Shown: positions 45,159 through 59,248, counted from the stretch's first letter. The stretch is 64,000 nucleotides of DNA from Eledone cirrhosa (GCA_964016885.1 OZ024743.1:71610001-71674000), one strand, 5' to 3'. The notes: generated by a model not told the origin, from the letters alone. Translations and numbers: made by a program.

Positions 45159-45964
45159 TCGGAACCTCACTGCAGTAAAACTATCATTAATTAAAACTAA
45201 CCGGTCACGCTTAAATAATTCATAAATATCTCTTTAATTTGAGTACATATTCTAAAGAAATATATGGCCATAACTTGGAGATTTACGGCCCCTGCCATAC
45301 GGATTTCCTATTGATAAGTTTCATAAACACGGAGTTTCATAAACCGCAGTTCAGTAATATAATTAGGATGTCAGACTACACTATATTTGTAATAATCTTT
45401 TAATGATACTTTCCGAAGTTGACAAACACTTCTGAGTATTTTCTCGCGCTCTCTCTCTCCCCCTCTCTCTCTCACACACACACGCACACACATATATATA
45501 TACAGAAACAGAACACACATACACACATGTACCGGTTAGTGAACGTTTGTATTTAAAAATGAAGCAAGAAAAAGTAACCACTAAATACATTACTGGGCTT
45601 AGCAGTTATGAAAAGCATCATACCTCTTAATTTTACGCTTTGGATTCTTCAAAAGATTAGAGAAGAGGAACAGCTTGTCAATATACAGCAATCATATTGG
45701 CAAACATATCAAAATACTATTTGTTAGAAGTACATCAAGATTTGATTGATTGACACTCCACCAAATTAAAGCAGGGGACCCGAATGTTGAAGATATTTTA
45801 GTGTTGTTGAAAAATGCGTCTGTTATTTCAGAATGAAACTAAATAATTATGATAAAATAATAAATGGAAATTCCTGCTTAAGTATTAACCTAACCAACGT
45901 TTTATACGTTCTTTATAACATATTAGAACGTATTGTCCTTGGGTAGGCTGGGATTTGTATGTCA

Positions 45965-46182
45965 AGTTGTTCCAGTCCACTCAACTGGCAAATATGAGTT
46001 GTACCTGTAATTCAAAGGGCCAGCCTTGTTACATTTTATGTCTTGCTGAATCTCCCTGAGAACTACGTTAAGAGTACTTGTGTCTCTGGAATGCTCAGCC
46101 ACTTTCATGTTAATTTCCCTAGCAGTCTGTTCTATTGATAGTATCAAATGGAACTCTCATCATCGTAACCGACGAAGTGCCA
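45965..46182 (+). mobile_element. Body of second SINE family (diverged reverse copy about 49975-50165)
   Basis: atgagttgtacctgtaatt and catcgtaaccgacg match the reverse complements aattacagatacaactcat and cgtcggttgcaacgatg. Confidence 0.6.
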
Positions 46183-46189
46183 CCCCGCT

Positions 46190-46490
46190 GAGGTTAACTT
46201 TGCCTTTCATCCTTACGGGGTCGTTAAATAAAGTACCAGTAATACACTGGGGTAATTGCTGGCATTATGCCAAAAGTAGAAACAATTATTATTATTTATT
46301 ATATCTGGTTGAAAGACCGTGGATTAGCAGAATCGTTAGGGTGTCTGTAAACATTTCTTGTAGCATTAGTTACAAGTTATGATTTCGAAGTAACTTCGTC
46401 TTTCATTTTACGGGGGTCGAAAACATATGTTATCAATGAAGATCGATATCTTAAATTTGTAGACTTGCCCCAATGTTAAAAATCAATACA
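46190..46490 (+). mobile_element. Dominant-SINE fragment plus older diverged copy
   Basis: gaggttaactttgcctttcatcc at 46190; gtggattagcagaatcgttag head at 46319. Confidence 0.75.
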
Positions 46491-47574
46491 TTTTCGCTTA
46501 AAAAACTAATTTCAATTATGCAGCAAATATTTAGAATCTTATTTGTACTTACTTATAACCTTCAGAACTTGTGTTAATAAATAACATCCCTGCAGCGATT
46601 TAAAAAGAATATTGAATGAGTAATTTGAAAGAAACTATTAATTAATATTTGATTGATAAAAAGTATTTCACTATCGAGAAAGTTTTCGATTCGTTAAAAT
46701 GATATATAATTGTTAAAAGAACGATGCTAGATTAACTGGTAAAGAAATATATTTATATTGATAAAAGATGAAAACAAATATAAAATGCATCTTATGCCAT
46801 AGAATTTCCTCTAAAATATAATCATCAATAATTTCCGATGGATATGTTACTGCAAATGGATAATTTCGAAGGTATTTTGAAGTACACCCAAGTATATATT
46901 CAAAGTAATCAATTGTAACCATACAAGTGTCAATGAGTATATGTCAATTGGGTTTCGTTCATTCATTTAGTTATCAAGTAGAATATTAATGTAAATAACA
47001 TTGTAAATAGCTATGGAAACCAGATTTAAGAATTACCTTAGATCGAGAAAGGCCTCTTAGTCATTAGTTAAAGTCATGCACACATATCTATAATGTAGTA
47101 CCCGCATAATGATAGGGGAGGGAGATTCAATGATAAAAGAGAGTATTTTAGAGACACATGTGCCCTTAAGATGATCCTCAAGTAGAATCAGCGTGACATT
47201 ATATGTGATAATGTACTTTTGAATTACAAGTCCAATCCATCTATCAGGCGTCCACACAGTTTCCGTCTACCAATTTCAGAGTTGTACAGGCCCGAGGCTC
47301 TAGAAAAAGACATTTACGCAAGATGTCACTCAGTAGAAGTGAATATAGAACCTCCTAATTTCGGACTTAGTATGCACTCAGCTGTTCCTTCATAGGCAAG
47401 GTTGAATAGACTGCGGTATAAACATAATGCTGCAAATAACCCATATATTGAATAATCATCATCATCATGGTCCCTTAACCCTTTTCGGGGTCATTGGAAC
47501 ACTGCAGTGTTGAACGCTGCCCCATCTGCTTCCATCTCTGATGAGTGCTTAGGTAGAATTGAATAAGAACACTA

Positions 47575-47750
47575 ATAATTGTTTCTACTTTTGGCACAAG
47601 GCCAGCAAATACACAGTACGTTACTGGTACTTTATTTTAGCGACCACGTAAGGATCAAAGGCAAAGTTAACCTCGGCGTGATTTGAACTCAGAACGTAAA
47701 GAGACTTTAAAGCATGGCGCCCGATCCTCTACCGGTACTGTCAATTCACT
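47575..47750 (-). mobile_element. Dominant SINE copy
   Basis: Tail, central domain, B-box. Confidence 0.85.
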
Positions 47751-48029
47751 AGTAATAATAAGAACAACACCCAGACATGACATTTTGTTTATAATACAAT
47801 TTAATTTGAAATATGTATTCAAACTTCAAGTACCTACGATCCAAAGATGGCAGATCTCAAAGAGGATAGTGACAAATCTCACCCTGGCCAATTCTGCCAT
47901 GGTAAACCTGAATGTCATATGGAAAATCAACTTAACTAATCAAGTCCTTGGTGAGTTCTTGCCTTTTGTAGGGGTGTGAGAATTGAACTTTCACAGCTGA
48001 CATCAAACGAAAAATCCAGTTTTCTGGCA

Positions 48030-48330
48030 CAAGTGCTTCAGAAGGGTGATACCCATCCCGACAAGTAGCACAAAACAAACAGCTTTGTCAAGCAGCAAGT
48101 TGATAAATATGCTGGCAGAGATGGTGAAAAGACCATCTTTCAAGGCATAGTCAGGGGAGGCCGACGAAGAGACCGACGAAGAAGATCCTGGTCCTATAAC
48201 CTCAAAAACTGGACTGGTCACAACACCGAGACTCATCAACGCATGACATAAAATAGAGACCAATGGCGTTGACTGACTGTACAGGCGTCTAGAGTGGCAC
48301 CCCAACGACTGGCTGCACCAGTTGTACATA
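48030..48330 (+). mobile_element. RTE LINE 3' relic
   Basis: KTIFQGIVRGGRRRDRRRRSWSYNLKNWTG, resembling the RTE I.QG...G.R.RGR....W..NI..WTG motif. Confidence 0.65.
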
Positions 48331-48929
48331 TACAGTCACATCCCAATGACTGGCTGCAGCTGTTGCTGGAAGATGAAGATGATGAGGATGATGATGATGA
48401 TTTTGATAACAGTTTATATATTTATAGTTTACAAATTAAACAAATAAAAAAAAGGAAAAATGAGAACATGCACACAGTATTGACTATGGCAAGTATTGCC
48501 TGTTTTGCGCTCTGAAAAAGAAACCTGAAGAAAGCCAAGACACTCACGGCATTTAGACAAGCGATAGTGAGGCTAAGACGTTGAAATAGTCAAGAACGCT
48601 CACATTCATCATCTGATAGATTAGTAAACCGAGTCACCAACGACAAAAATACACAAAAGAAAAAACTTTGTGTCTGCAACTCAGATTGAAAACCACAATT
48701 TAGCGATAATTCCTGGTATTTCAAAAATAAACTTATTCCGGCTCCGGATGCAGGTATTACTACCCTCGCAGCAACTACCAGCACAACAACTGGGATGTGA
48801 GGAACTATATAGATACAGATAGTAGTGAATGATAAGAGTAAGATAATTGATTGGCAAAGATTGTCTTAACTCGGGCCGCAACTCATGGTGTCTAAAAACA
48901 TTTGACTGATAAAATGACAAGTCAGTCAA

Positions 48930-49262
48930 TCATATTGGTGGCCTCCCCACAGCCCCGGCGGACAGAATAGAGAAGGCGTTTCCCCGGACGACGGCAAGGG
49001 AAACGCGCTGGAAAAGCCATTCCAGCTCGCGAGGCTCACACCTATGGCTGGCGAGCTCAGCGCTTATGGTGGTAGGTAGCCCTAGGGTCGAGGACACCAG
49101 AAGTCTCCACTGCCAAGGGTACAACCGAAAATCTGTCGGAGAGCGACCGGTATTTGAAGAGTTTGGCCTCCTCAGCCCGACGTGCAGCAGAACCTGGGTT
49201 AGTCGCAGATTGCACCAGGTTGCGACTGGATAAAGGGTCGGTGCAAGTGGCATCCCAGACGA
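48930..49262 (-). mobile_element. CRE-clade non-LTR retrotransposon, restriction-like endonuclease C-terminal fragment
   Basis: WDATCTDPLS..GSAARRAEEAKLFKYRSL..VPLAVETSGVL, then after a frameshift WLFQRVSLAVVRGNAFSIL. Confidence 0.8.
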
Positions 49263-50356
49263 GGGAAGTGAGGAATTGCTTAATGACGCTTTTAAACTTT
49301 GCACAGTATAATCAGAGTTACTATAGAAATTCGAAGATGTATCTGAAAATTATCAACAAATGCAGCGTCTCAGGTGACCTGTTCCAAGTACTAAAATGTA
49401 CTTAATTTGGAAAGCTACAATAAACGTTCGATTTTGATCGAAACCGAATTCTAAACAGTATTTTTGTCATACCTTAAACGAACCAAAAAACAAAATAAAA
49501 TAAAAAATAAAACTTTTACATAAAAAGAAATAAAATTCGAAGACCAAAGCTGGAAAATATAAAATAAAAAAGTTAAACATTTCCTCATTTAAAATCACAT
49601 TAACTAATGCGCTAAATACATCTAGTTAATCCTATACGGATAATACTTTTGTTAGCTAATCCCTTTCTAGCTAATCTTTTCCCAGCTAATTCTTCAGAAA
49701 CTAATCTTTCCGTAGACGTACAATACTGTGCATTAGGCAAATTCACAAACATGAGTACACATATATTTCTGCTGAGGCACACATTAATAATTACAGACGT
49801 ATGTTCACATAAAACATACACCGATAGACATATGTTGGAATGGTATATACATAGACACACACACTGGGTGACATGCTTTAATGCAATCCAATGGTGAACA
49901 TTAACATTAGAAGATATGCCAATACACTAACTTTTTCAAATGGCCTCCCCACATGGTTTCAAGGCAGTTTGAAATCCGTCGGTTGCAACGATGAATGCTC
50001 AAATCGAATTGTTTGAACAATGGATTAACCTGCATATGAAATTAACGTCCATGTATATCAGGATGATAGAGATACATCTATCCATAACATAGTTCTCAAG
50101 GAAATTCAATGTGACAGGATGCGAGAAAAGGCTAACCTTTAAATTACAGATACAACTCATTTTTGTTCGCGCCGTCGACTGATTTTCGTTTGATTCCTGC
50201 GCCCGTCAATAAAACTCATCACCTGAAACGACCCTAATTTTCACTGCCACACACTATTCTGTCAAATTAGTTTAAGAGTGTGACGTGTGTGTGTGGTATT
50301 GCAAAATAGTAGGGAGAAGTAAATATTCTAAAAACGTCTGACTGATAAAATGCGAA

Positions 50357-50405
50357 CGCAGAAGTAAATATTTCGAAAAATCTTTTCGAAATATTTACTT
50401 CTGCG
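50357..50405. repeat. Short perfect hairpin (23-bp arms) with GAAA-ta-TT near apex
   Basis: cgcagaagtaaatatttcgaaaa(atc)ttttcgaaatatttacttctgcg. Confidence 0.85.
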
Positions 50406-50770
50406 CTCATAGATTGATTTTTTTTAGTTTCAGAAAATCCCTTTAAGGGTGAAAGCAGCGATTCTTTGCTTAAACATTTAATCTGTTATTTTAATAAATA
50501 TTTGCTCTACGGTTCTTATATATTTGATATATATTTATCCTTACTAAATTTATTATTATTATTACTATAACTTTGCCTTTCATCCATACGGGGTCGATAC
50601 AATAAAGTACCAGTAATGCACTGGGTAATTGCTGGCCTTGTGCCTAAAGTAGAAAAAATGATTACTATATATATGTATGTAATGTATGTAAAATGTAAAC
50701 AGAAATAACATAATCGGTAAAGTATGTGGAAGGAATATATTAGGTTAACGCTTGAAATAGAAGGAAGAGG

Positions 50771-50808
50771 GTCTTCACGTTTCGGACGCTAGTCGTTTAT
50801 CAGAAGAC
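50771..50808 (-). ncRNA. Degenerate hammerhead (family of 4640-4675), probably inactive
   Basis: gtctt-CTGATAA-..-GAAA-cg-TG-aagac; core and cleavage nucleotide mutated. Confidence 0.55.
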
Positions 50809-50853
50809 AGAATGAGAAATAAGAGACGGAAGTGTTTTCCGCTTAATTTTCAC

Positions 50854-50917
<64 letters not shown>

Positions 50918-51335
50918 GCATGTGTGTTTGTGTGTGAAATATTCGTTTAACCAACTTCAATATATTTCGTACTTACATCACAACAGCATGTCTCCCTGCT
51001 GTTATTCTCATTATCCTGTTCCTTCACACATTTAATATTCCTAATATTCCTCCATATATTACGTCAAATTCCAATATAGTCCTCTAGGGCATATTTTATC
51101 AAACCTATGTATGTCACAGCCATTAATATAATCAGCCTTCCTCATTGAACAAGTTCATTCACCTATTATTGTATATCTTAACGTTCATTTCCTTCTTTCT
51201 GGGTTTGCTCTTTTCTATTTACCACTCCTACACTATCTGTTAATCAATTTATACATTGCTCTCAACCACTCACCAATTCAGCTACAAACCTATCTTGGTA
51301 GATTTGTATATTATCTTTCTGCCCCACAATCTCTC

Positions 51336-51377
<42 letters not shown>

Positions 51378-51470
51378 AAAACGAAGAATCCGGACATACA
51401 TATATGGTATATATATATGTGTGGTGTGTGTGTAGGTGTGTGTGTGAGTATGTGTGTTTGTGTGTGTGTA

Positions 51471-51511
<41 letters not shown>

Positions 51512-52249
51512 CTTCGCCATAGCTGACACCGTTCCACCACTATCTATTTAGAAATACATATCGTTTTCTTTGTTTTTCGTCATACCATGTTCTTATTTTC
51601 TGTCCATTAAACACAAATCAAACATTAAACTTTACTGTCTCCTTCTCAATCTGCCATTGTCTCCCCATCTCTGCTTTCACCAGCAACATGGATTTAAATG
51701 AATCTTTTATTGGTTTAGACACATAAAGCGGCTTAAATCCATTACAAAACACAAGGAAAAGAAATTATTTAAACACATAGCATAACAGATTCTCCAATAA
51801 TTCTTCCACAAGAATGCTTACTTTTTATTCCACCAGAATTTAGGAAATGATTAAAAAAATCCTACAAATGAGAAAAAGAATAATTACAGAATACAGAAAA
51901 TAAAACAAAATCTAGAGGAGAAATTTTTCTAATATTATTAAGGATTAAAATAGCTTACTTCCGGTAATTACTCTCCCGTTGGAGCAGTTTTCTTCGATAA
52001 GCATTTATCTCAAAACCATTCCATTAGAAAGTATGTTGATTTCTGAATTTCTTGGCATCACATTACGTAAAATTGCATCCGGATGTGCAACGGAAATGTA
52101 TGCTCCCAAGAACCATAATGGATTGTAAGATTAAGACAAGTAAAATTTCAGCTTATTCAGAATTGAATATTCTTCAGTAGAACGGATAGTTTCTAGAAAT
52201 TACGAATGATTTTTTTTTAGTTTCGTAAATTTAGTCCTCCTTCACACAC

Positions 52250-52299
<50 letters not shown>

Positions 52300-52691
52300 T
52301 CATCATTTTATTACCTTAGGGAAATAAGTAAAATTTGACATTATATATACCTTTATATTCATTGTGTATGAACATATACAATTACGCAGTCCTGGTTAAA
52401 CTCTTTATATATAAGTATATACCGATTTTATTCTAACACACACAAACACACACACACACAAACACACACACGCACATATGTATATATACATATATATGAA
52501 ACATATATATATATATATATATAAAAATAAAATTTTGCTATAGATGGCTGAATACAATAAATGTAATCTGAGTTTTTCAAATTTAATAATATTCGATTCG
52601 TTTGCAATTATGCAAACAAGCCTCAATTATATAGCCATGTCAGTAGAATGAACACTTTATTCTTGCTCTTGTGTTTGCATGCGAACAGAAC

Positions 52692-52732
52692 TGCAGACAC
52701 TAATGTTTCTGGGATCACCCTTCTTCAGTACA
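52692..52732 (-). ncRNA. Minimal type I hammerhead motif (degenerate relative at about 3895-3935)
   Basis: Reverse complement tgta-CTGAAGA-a-ggg(tgat)ccc-a-GAAA-cattagtg-TC-tgca; flank 52600-52720 matches 3810-3925. Confidence 0.75.
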
Positions 52733-52869
52733 TCTCACTGTTCATCTGCCAAACTGTCAGAGCTAGTGAAAATATATGGTATTTTCAAAAATACACAGTG
52801 ACTGATCGGCCTGATTTACATATTAGTAATTTGGGTTCCTTCGCCTCAAACGACACACCTATGCTCAAC

Positions 52870-54041
52870 GATTCACTTCTGGAATTTCATGTATCTTTTT
52901 GGGTCCGATTGGATTAGGAGCTCCATCCGGACGAGTTCTCCTGCTTTACTTTTATCACCTCAATTACTTTAGTGTCGGCCTCGATGTCGGCGAGGACGGC
53001 AGCCATTAGCCAGGGAATTTCAATGGCCGGCGGAACCTTGGTCACCCTGATCCTTACCAGCCTCTGACCACAATAGCTTGAGACGAGTGTGAACTCGTCA
53101 CTTTTTAATGGGGGCCATGGATTGCTCTCTGGCTTCCTGTGGGGTTTTAAAGAACATGTCCACGGTTCCATATTTTTGCCCACGTCTGATGTGGGTTTTT
53201 TGAGTACACACATGTGCGAAAGCTTTTTGTATCTGGGATCCGTTCCACTCGGCGCGTTTTAATATGTATCGTCCGATTTGACACGGTGCATAGGCGCCGA
53301 TGCTCTATGGTATTAGATGGGGGTAGGTGGGGTGGGGGGGACTCTGACCCTGTAGCCATGTTTTTTTACCATTCGCTTGGCTTTATTCAATTCTTCCTGG
53401 CTTGCCTCAACCGTTTCGTTTTTGTTTGCCGGTTCAGCAAACGACACATTTAGTTTTGCGCTGGTTTTGATATTGTTGTTGTTATTCTTATTGTTGCTGT
53501 TATTGTTATTGTTATTTTAGTTATTATTTTTCGTTTCAGTTGTGGTGATGGTAGTGGTGTCAGTGGCATTCGGCGTGGAAGAGTCGATTTTCGGAGAATC
53601 CATTTCGATATCACGAGAAAATAATTTATTTTTTGTTTCAGTTGTTGCTGGGGTGGTGGTATCAGTGGTGTTGGTTGTTCTTTTTGACATTGTGGTGGTG
53701 TGGATGGCGGCTTTAACACCTGTAGACATTAGTAATGGCGGGAAATACACGTATGTATGTGACAAATCTAAATAATTGCCATTGCTATTACTTATATTTT
53801 CAGTGTTGGCATTATTTTCTATTGTCTGTATTTTGGTTGTCGCTGTTATTGTTGTAGTTGGTGTGGTAATTTTTTTAAAATTGGTGTTCTCAGTGTTGTT
53901 GTCTTTGTTCACGTTGTTTGTGGTGGTGTTTGTTGTATGTATTTCTGTAACCCTCCTCTCAACTTTTACACCATTGTCACACGACAGAAGACATATGGTG
54001 TGTGTGTGGGGTGGGGGTGGGGGCGTACGTGGCTCAGCCAT
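52870..54041 (-). pseudogene. Disrupted ORF, possibly a LINE ORF1 (gag/RRM-like) with a T/N-rich low-complexity N-terminus
   Basis: Higher-GC coding-like block split over frames; RRGQKYGTVDMFFKTPQEA and SYCGQRLVRIRVTKVPPAIEIPWLMAAVL resemble L1/Tx1-type ORF1; no ORF2 seen. Confidence 0.4.
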
Positions 54042-54679
54042 GTTTTGTTTAATTTAAAAAAGTAAAATGTTCAAATGTTCAAATATTAATCGAATATTTG
54101 GGCCAAAAGGCCCAAATATTATACTGTCCCCTTCACAGGGCAAAGTCCAAGGGTTTACATCCCTTACACAACAAGAAAATTTAAACAACAAATAATTATA
54201 GCAGGTAAATAAAGCGACTTACTATGAGCGAGCAAAAAGACGTCCGAACAGACCAATAATAATTGTTTCTACTTTTTGGCACAAGGCCAGTAATTATCAG
54301 TGCATTGCTGGTACTTTATTTTATCGACCCCGTAAGGATGAAAGGCAATAATTACGTACGTGGCTCAGCCATGTTTTTTTTTTATTTAAAAAAGTAAAAT
54401 GTTCAAATATTAATCGAATATTTGGGCCAAAAGGCCCAAATATTATACTGTCCCCTTCACAGGGCAAAGTCCAAGGGTTTACATCCCTTACACAACAAGA
54501 AAATTTAAACAACAAATAATTATAGCAGATAAATAAAGCGACTTACTATGAGCGAGCAAAAAGACGTCCGAACAGACCAATAATAATTGTTTCTACTTTT
54601 TGGCACAAGGCCAGTAATTATCAGTGCATTACTGGTACTTTATTTTATCGACCCCGTAAGGATGAAAGGCAATAATTAT
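54024..54679. repeat. Recent ~330-bp tandem duplication (each unit ends in a SINE fragment)
   Basis: Units 54024-54354 and 54355-54679 nearly identical. Confidence 0.92.
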
Positions 54680-54693
54680 AATAATAAAGGAAA

Positions 54694-54964
54694 TATATAA
54701 CTTTATAACATCACTATTTATTTCATTATATATATTTCGGTGATGCAAAAAATTAATGTTTAACATAAATCAGAGCATACATTCTTCAAACAAAATACAT
54801 ATGAGATGTAAAAAATGTTTGATGATATACAAACAAGAATCAAACAATTTATAGATCTCATATATATTTTGTCTGAAGAAGGCATGTTCTGATTTATGTT
54901 AAACACACAGTTTTGCATCCGAAATATATATAATGAAATAAATAGTGATGTTATAAAGTTATAT
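54694..54964. mobile_element. Fold-back PLE-like mini-element with hammerhead in both arms
   Basis: atataactttataacatcactatttatttc... / ...gaaataaatagtgatgttataaagttatat; left-arm core mutated to TTGAAGA. Confidence 0.75.
54865..54940 (+). ncRNA. Type I hammerhead motif with extended stem-loop II
   Basis: tattttgt-CTGAAGA-aggcatg...gcatcc-GAAA-tatata-TA-atgaaata. Confidence 0.7.
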
Positions 54965-56013
54965 CTTTTGTTTATTACTATTATTATCATAATCCTCCAG
55001 ATAAGTATTAACTGTGGAGTGTTTCGTATCTGTTATAAACATAACTCAGTTGATTATATCAACGAAGTCTTTAACTCATTGTTTATATAAATATATCATA
55101 TCCACTGATATGGATTCTGAACACATGCACGCGCTTAGGTCACCTTAAGGTCAACTGCAAGAATCGGTGATAAGTTACCAAAAAGTGTGATGGTCAATGA
55201 CCTGGAAGTCATGAGATTACCATGTGATTAGTCCGAAGAATAAAATCCAAATCGTATGTTGACGAATATTCGTACTCCAGGCATGTTAATTGTAACATGC
55301 CGCATTTGAGAGTAGAGTTTATGTTGTCGATATTTCGATGTGTCAGATCGTGGGAAGATTAACACAAATTAAGATGTAACTTCTCCTCCATTATTAACAA
55401 GAAACCATTATTAACATTCGCAACAGTGAACGTTACAAGGCCCTCTTTAAGGCTAACACTTCTGCTTGTTTATCCGAATTGTTATGGTGTTTTCTCAGGT
55501 TATGTCTACTATAGGGGGAAACGGGAGGGTTTTATTGAATTGCTTCAGTCATTCGAAAGGCTTTACAAACGGTGATTCACTCAGTTATAATTTCTTCAAT
55601 AATTGCGATGACTTCAATTTTATATCTTGAGCGCTAAGGCAGTAAGTTTATACATATAGTTTGCTATTCTTATACATAAGTTTGTTGAATAAGTTCGATA
55701 TTCTCCAAGCTCAAACTTCCCCGGTTTATTTACTCTGAATGAAGAAAGCTGGATGGAAGAAGGACTTATGACTTAAACAGCTATTGATAGTTCCACACAA
55801 AGGAATCACCCCCCCCCCCTCCCGAGCAATCAAGCAGTTTTCTATATGTATACACACAAAACCTAGTTGCAATATAACATCGAACAACCAATATTAAACA
55901 AATGTCTAACATTTAAACTTACGCAGGAAGCAGGTCAGCCAAACTACGAGTATAAGTACACAGTTTATATATATATATATATATATATATGCATATATAT
56001 ATGTATATATATG

Positions 56014-56130
<117 letters not shown>

Positions 56131-56189
56131 CAAGGCTCTGATACCATCAACACTATAAACACAGAGCTGGCATATCTAAGAACTGACTA

Positions 56190-56245
56190 ACTCCCTGATG
56201 AGGTCGTAGCCATTCAATGGCTATCATCGAAATATATATAGCAGT
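56190..56245 (+). ncRNA. Minimal type I hammerhead motif
   Basis: actcc-CTGATGA-ggtcgtagcc(attcaat)ggctatcatc-GAAA-tatata-TA-gcagt; stem II differs from 41810 copy yet pairs. Confidence 0.7.
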
Positions 56246-56286
56246 AAATAAAGGATTATGAGTTCATGGAATTTATTTATATTTCG

Positions 56287-56340
<54 letters not shown>

Positions 56341-56930
56341 TATATAGATATATATATATGAACTTTTGAATATAATATTGTCGTCCTAACGTAGAAGATT
56401 ATAATAGTGTGTGTGCGTTTAAAAAAAGGAAAAGAATGACTTCACTTGTAGATCTAAACAATTTAATTTTATAATATTGTAAAATTAAATTCTTTAGAAC
56501 TACAAGTGAAGTCATTCTTTTCCTTTTTAAATTTTCCAATATATATATATATATATAGGAACGATTGTTATTGTGTGTATAGCGCCCCCACCATCCACCG
56601 ACTAACATGCGACCAGACAGACTACAACACTGCCAGTAACAAAGACTGAATATAGGTAGTACAATGGATTGACAGTTAGCACCATCCCACTCCCACAATA
56701 AAGAGAAGCTGCCTCGACCTTTGCTTGACCGCACCTATTCCACGCGCACGTGCGCTCTACAGAATATCTGAGTTACACACAAACGGCCGACAACAGAGGA
56801 CACGTACATTTCCTCTTCGACAGATATCTTTCCCCCTCGGAAAACCCCCCATGGATGCGAAATCCGAAATATAGGGACAATTAAATTTCTCCCAAGGTAA
56901 CTCTATCTCGTGTTATTATTTTTATTTTTC

Positions 56931-57298
56931 GGTGAAATGGCAGTATCGGTAGAGTGTCGGACGCCATGCTTTCCAGCATAGTTACGTCCCTTTACGGTCT
57001 GAGTTCAAATCCCGTCGAGGTTAACTTTGCCGGGTCGATAAAATAAAGTACCAGTAATGAACTGAGTAATTGCTGGCCTTGTGGCAAACGTAGAAACAAT
57101 TATTGAGGGCGGTGGATTGGCAGTATCGGTAGAGGTCGGACGCCATGCTTTGCAGCAAAGAGTTACGGCCTTTTATGGTCTGAGTTCAAATCCCGCCGAG
57201 GTTAACTTTGCCTTTCATCCTTACGGGGTCGATAAAATAAAGTACCAGTAATACACTGGGATAATTGCTGGCCTTGTGCTAAAAGTAGAAACAATTAT
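56931..57298 (+). mobile_element. Two tandem dominant-SINE copies (second full length, 57108-57298)
   Basis: ggcggtggattggcagtatcggtag A-box, gagttcaaatcc B-box, central domain, tail agtagaaacaattatt. Confidence 0.92.
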
Positions 57299-57449
57299 TT
57301 TTATTTTTTACGCTCTTTCCTACATTCCTCTACACACTATACATCTCATTATAAATTTCCCCTCACATCTCTCTCTCTCTCCACCACCGGATCTTGTTAC
57401 CCGGAGATTTACCCATCTGCATTGTTGAGGCTTCAAAAACGACCAAAAG

Positions 57450-57509
<60 letters not shown>

Positions 57510-57510
<1 letters not shown>

Positions 57511-58669
57511 GATAAATCTACCAAGAGTTTACGGTAGTGTCCAATCCGTATGAAGAACTCAATGTATTCCGGATATCATGGAAAGAAGAGATGTAATGAA
57601 AATCCACTTTCGGTGAAAGATAAACGGTATACAGAGTCAAGATAAAATATTAAACAAATAATGAATAAACAATTCCTTATATTAAACAAAAAAAGTTCAT
57701 TATTTAACGATCGTTTCTAGGGTATATATGTGTTATAATTGGTATGCATATTCAACAGATCTATGTACAAAATTATACAAAATTATACAAATTATCAAGA
57801 TTAAATATACATACCTAACACATATATACGCCGTCTTCAGAAATAATGAAGTATATTTATTGATAATAACAACAATTCAAAATATCAGTTCAAAATTGAC
57901 CAATGAAAACACAAAGGGTTAAAAGCAGTTCGGTGTGTGTATATACATGTAAAATCCTTACACATATTTTACAATAATGTGTGTATAAATTGTATGCGCA
58001 TACTAAAAAGATGGATGCAAACACAAAATTTCAAGGTTAATATCTCTGTAAGCTTAATGCGCTGATAAGATGCGCATTGATACTTATGGAGTCAAGCATA
58101 TAAATATATTTTTTCATACTCACACATATCAGTATAATCACACATACATGCGCGTATATGCATAAACATACACATAACCACGAACATACAAACACACACA
58201 CTCCCCCGCTCACATTTATATATGTGGATATAAAATCATAAGCACATAGAAATTAAGTCACTCACATAAAACACTGGCACACACATTTCAAGATCAAGAT
58301 ACAGAAATTAGGTGGGAGGGGGGGGAGGGGTCAGTATTCAATTGTCTGAGCAGACTGCCTAATATAAATGTATCTATAAATTAAGAAAAATAAAAAAATA
58401 AAAACAATAAAATATAATAAATATAATATAATGTACAAACACATACAGATATATATACACATACATACATGTACGCGCACATAGAGATATTAGCGCATAC
58501 ACACATACACACATACATATACAGTCATACACACACATACACTTACACGAACATACACATACACATATAAAAAGATATATATATACACACACACACGCGC
58601 AACACATACACACATACACATATATATAAAAAATAGATAATAAAGATATATATCCATATATATATATAT

Positions 58670-58720
<51 letters not shown>

Positions 58721-58809
58721 TATACATATACATACACATACATCTAAATATACATACACATACATACACACATACATGTACATACATGTACATACATATA
58801 CGCACATCG

Positions 58810-58853
<44 letters not shown>

Positions 58854-59189
58854 TCACATAGACATATAGATACATACACACACAACTTACATACACACGT
58901 ATATATATATATATATAGATGTACCTTCATACATAGAATTAGATATATAATCATACATACATATGCACCTACTTATACTCATATAAATAAATACATACGC
59001 TTCCATATATGTGTATATACATAAAAAAAATATACAACCTCACCAAACTCAGACATACAAATAAAAATAATAATAAAAAATAATAATAAAAAGGCATATG
59101 TATATACATACACACACGCATTAATAGAGATATATATATATACACACACACACATACACATACATATATACATACACACACATATATAT

Positions 59190-59248
<59 letters not shown>

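Noticed and set aside
47537-47570. Isolated CTGATGA (also near 35624) and CTGAAGA near 48525
   Set aside because: No properly placed GAAA with closing stems I and II; expected by chance.
51900-52130. Possible Tc1/mariner transposase relic on the minus strand (IMVLGSI, SPLDF)
   Set aside because: Only two short weak motifs with many stops and no TIRs identified.
57108-57200. tRNA gene
   Set aside because: A and B boxes are present but there is no cloverleaf, and the sequence continues into a multi-copy SINE body.
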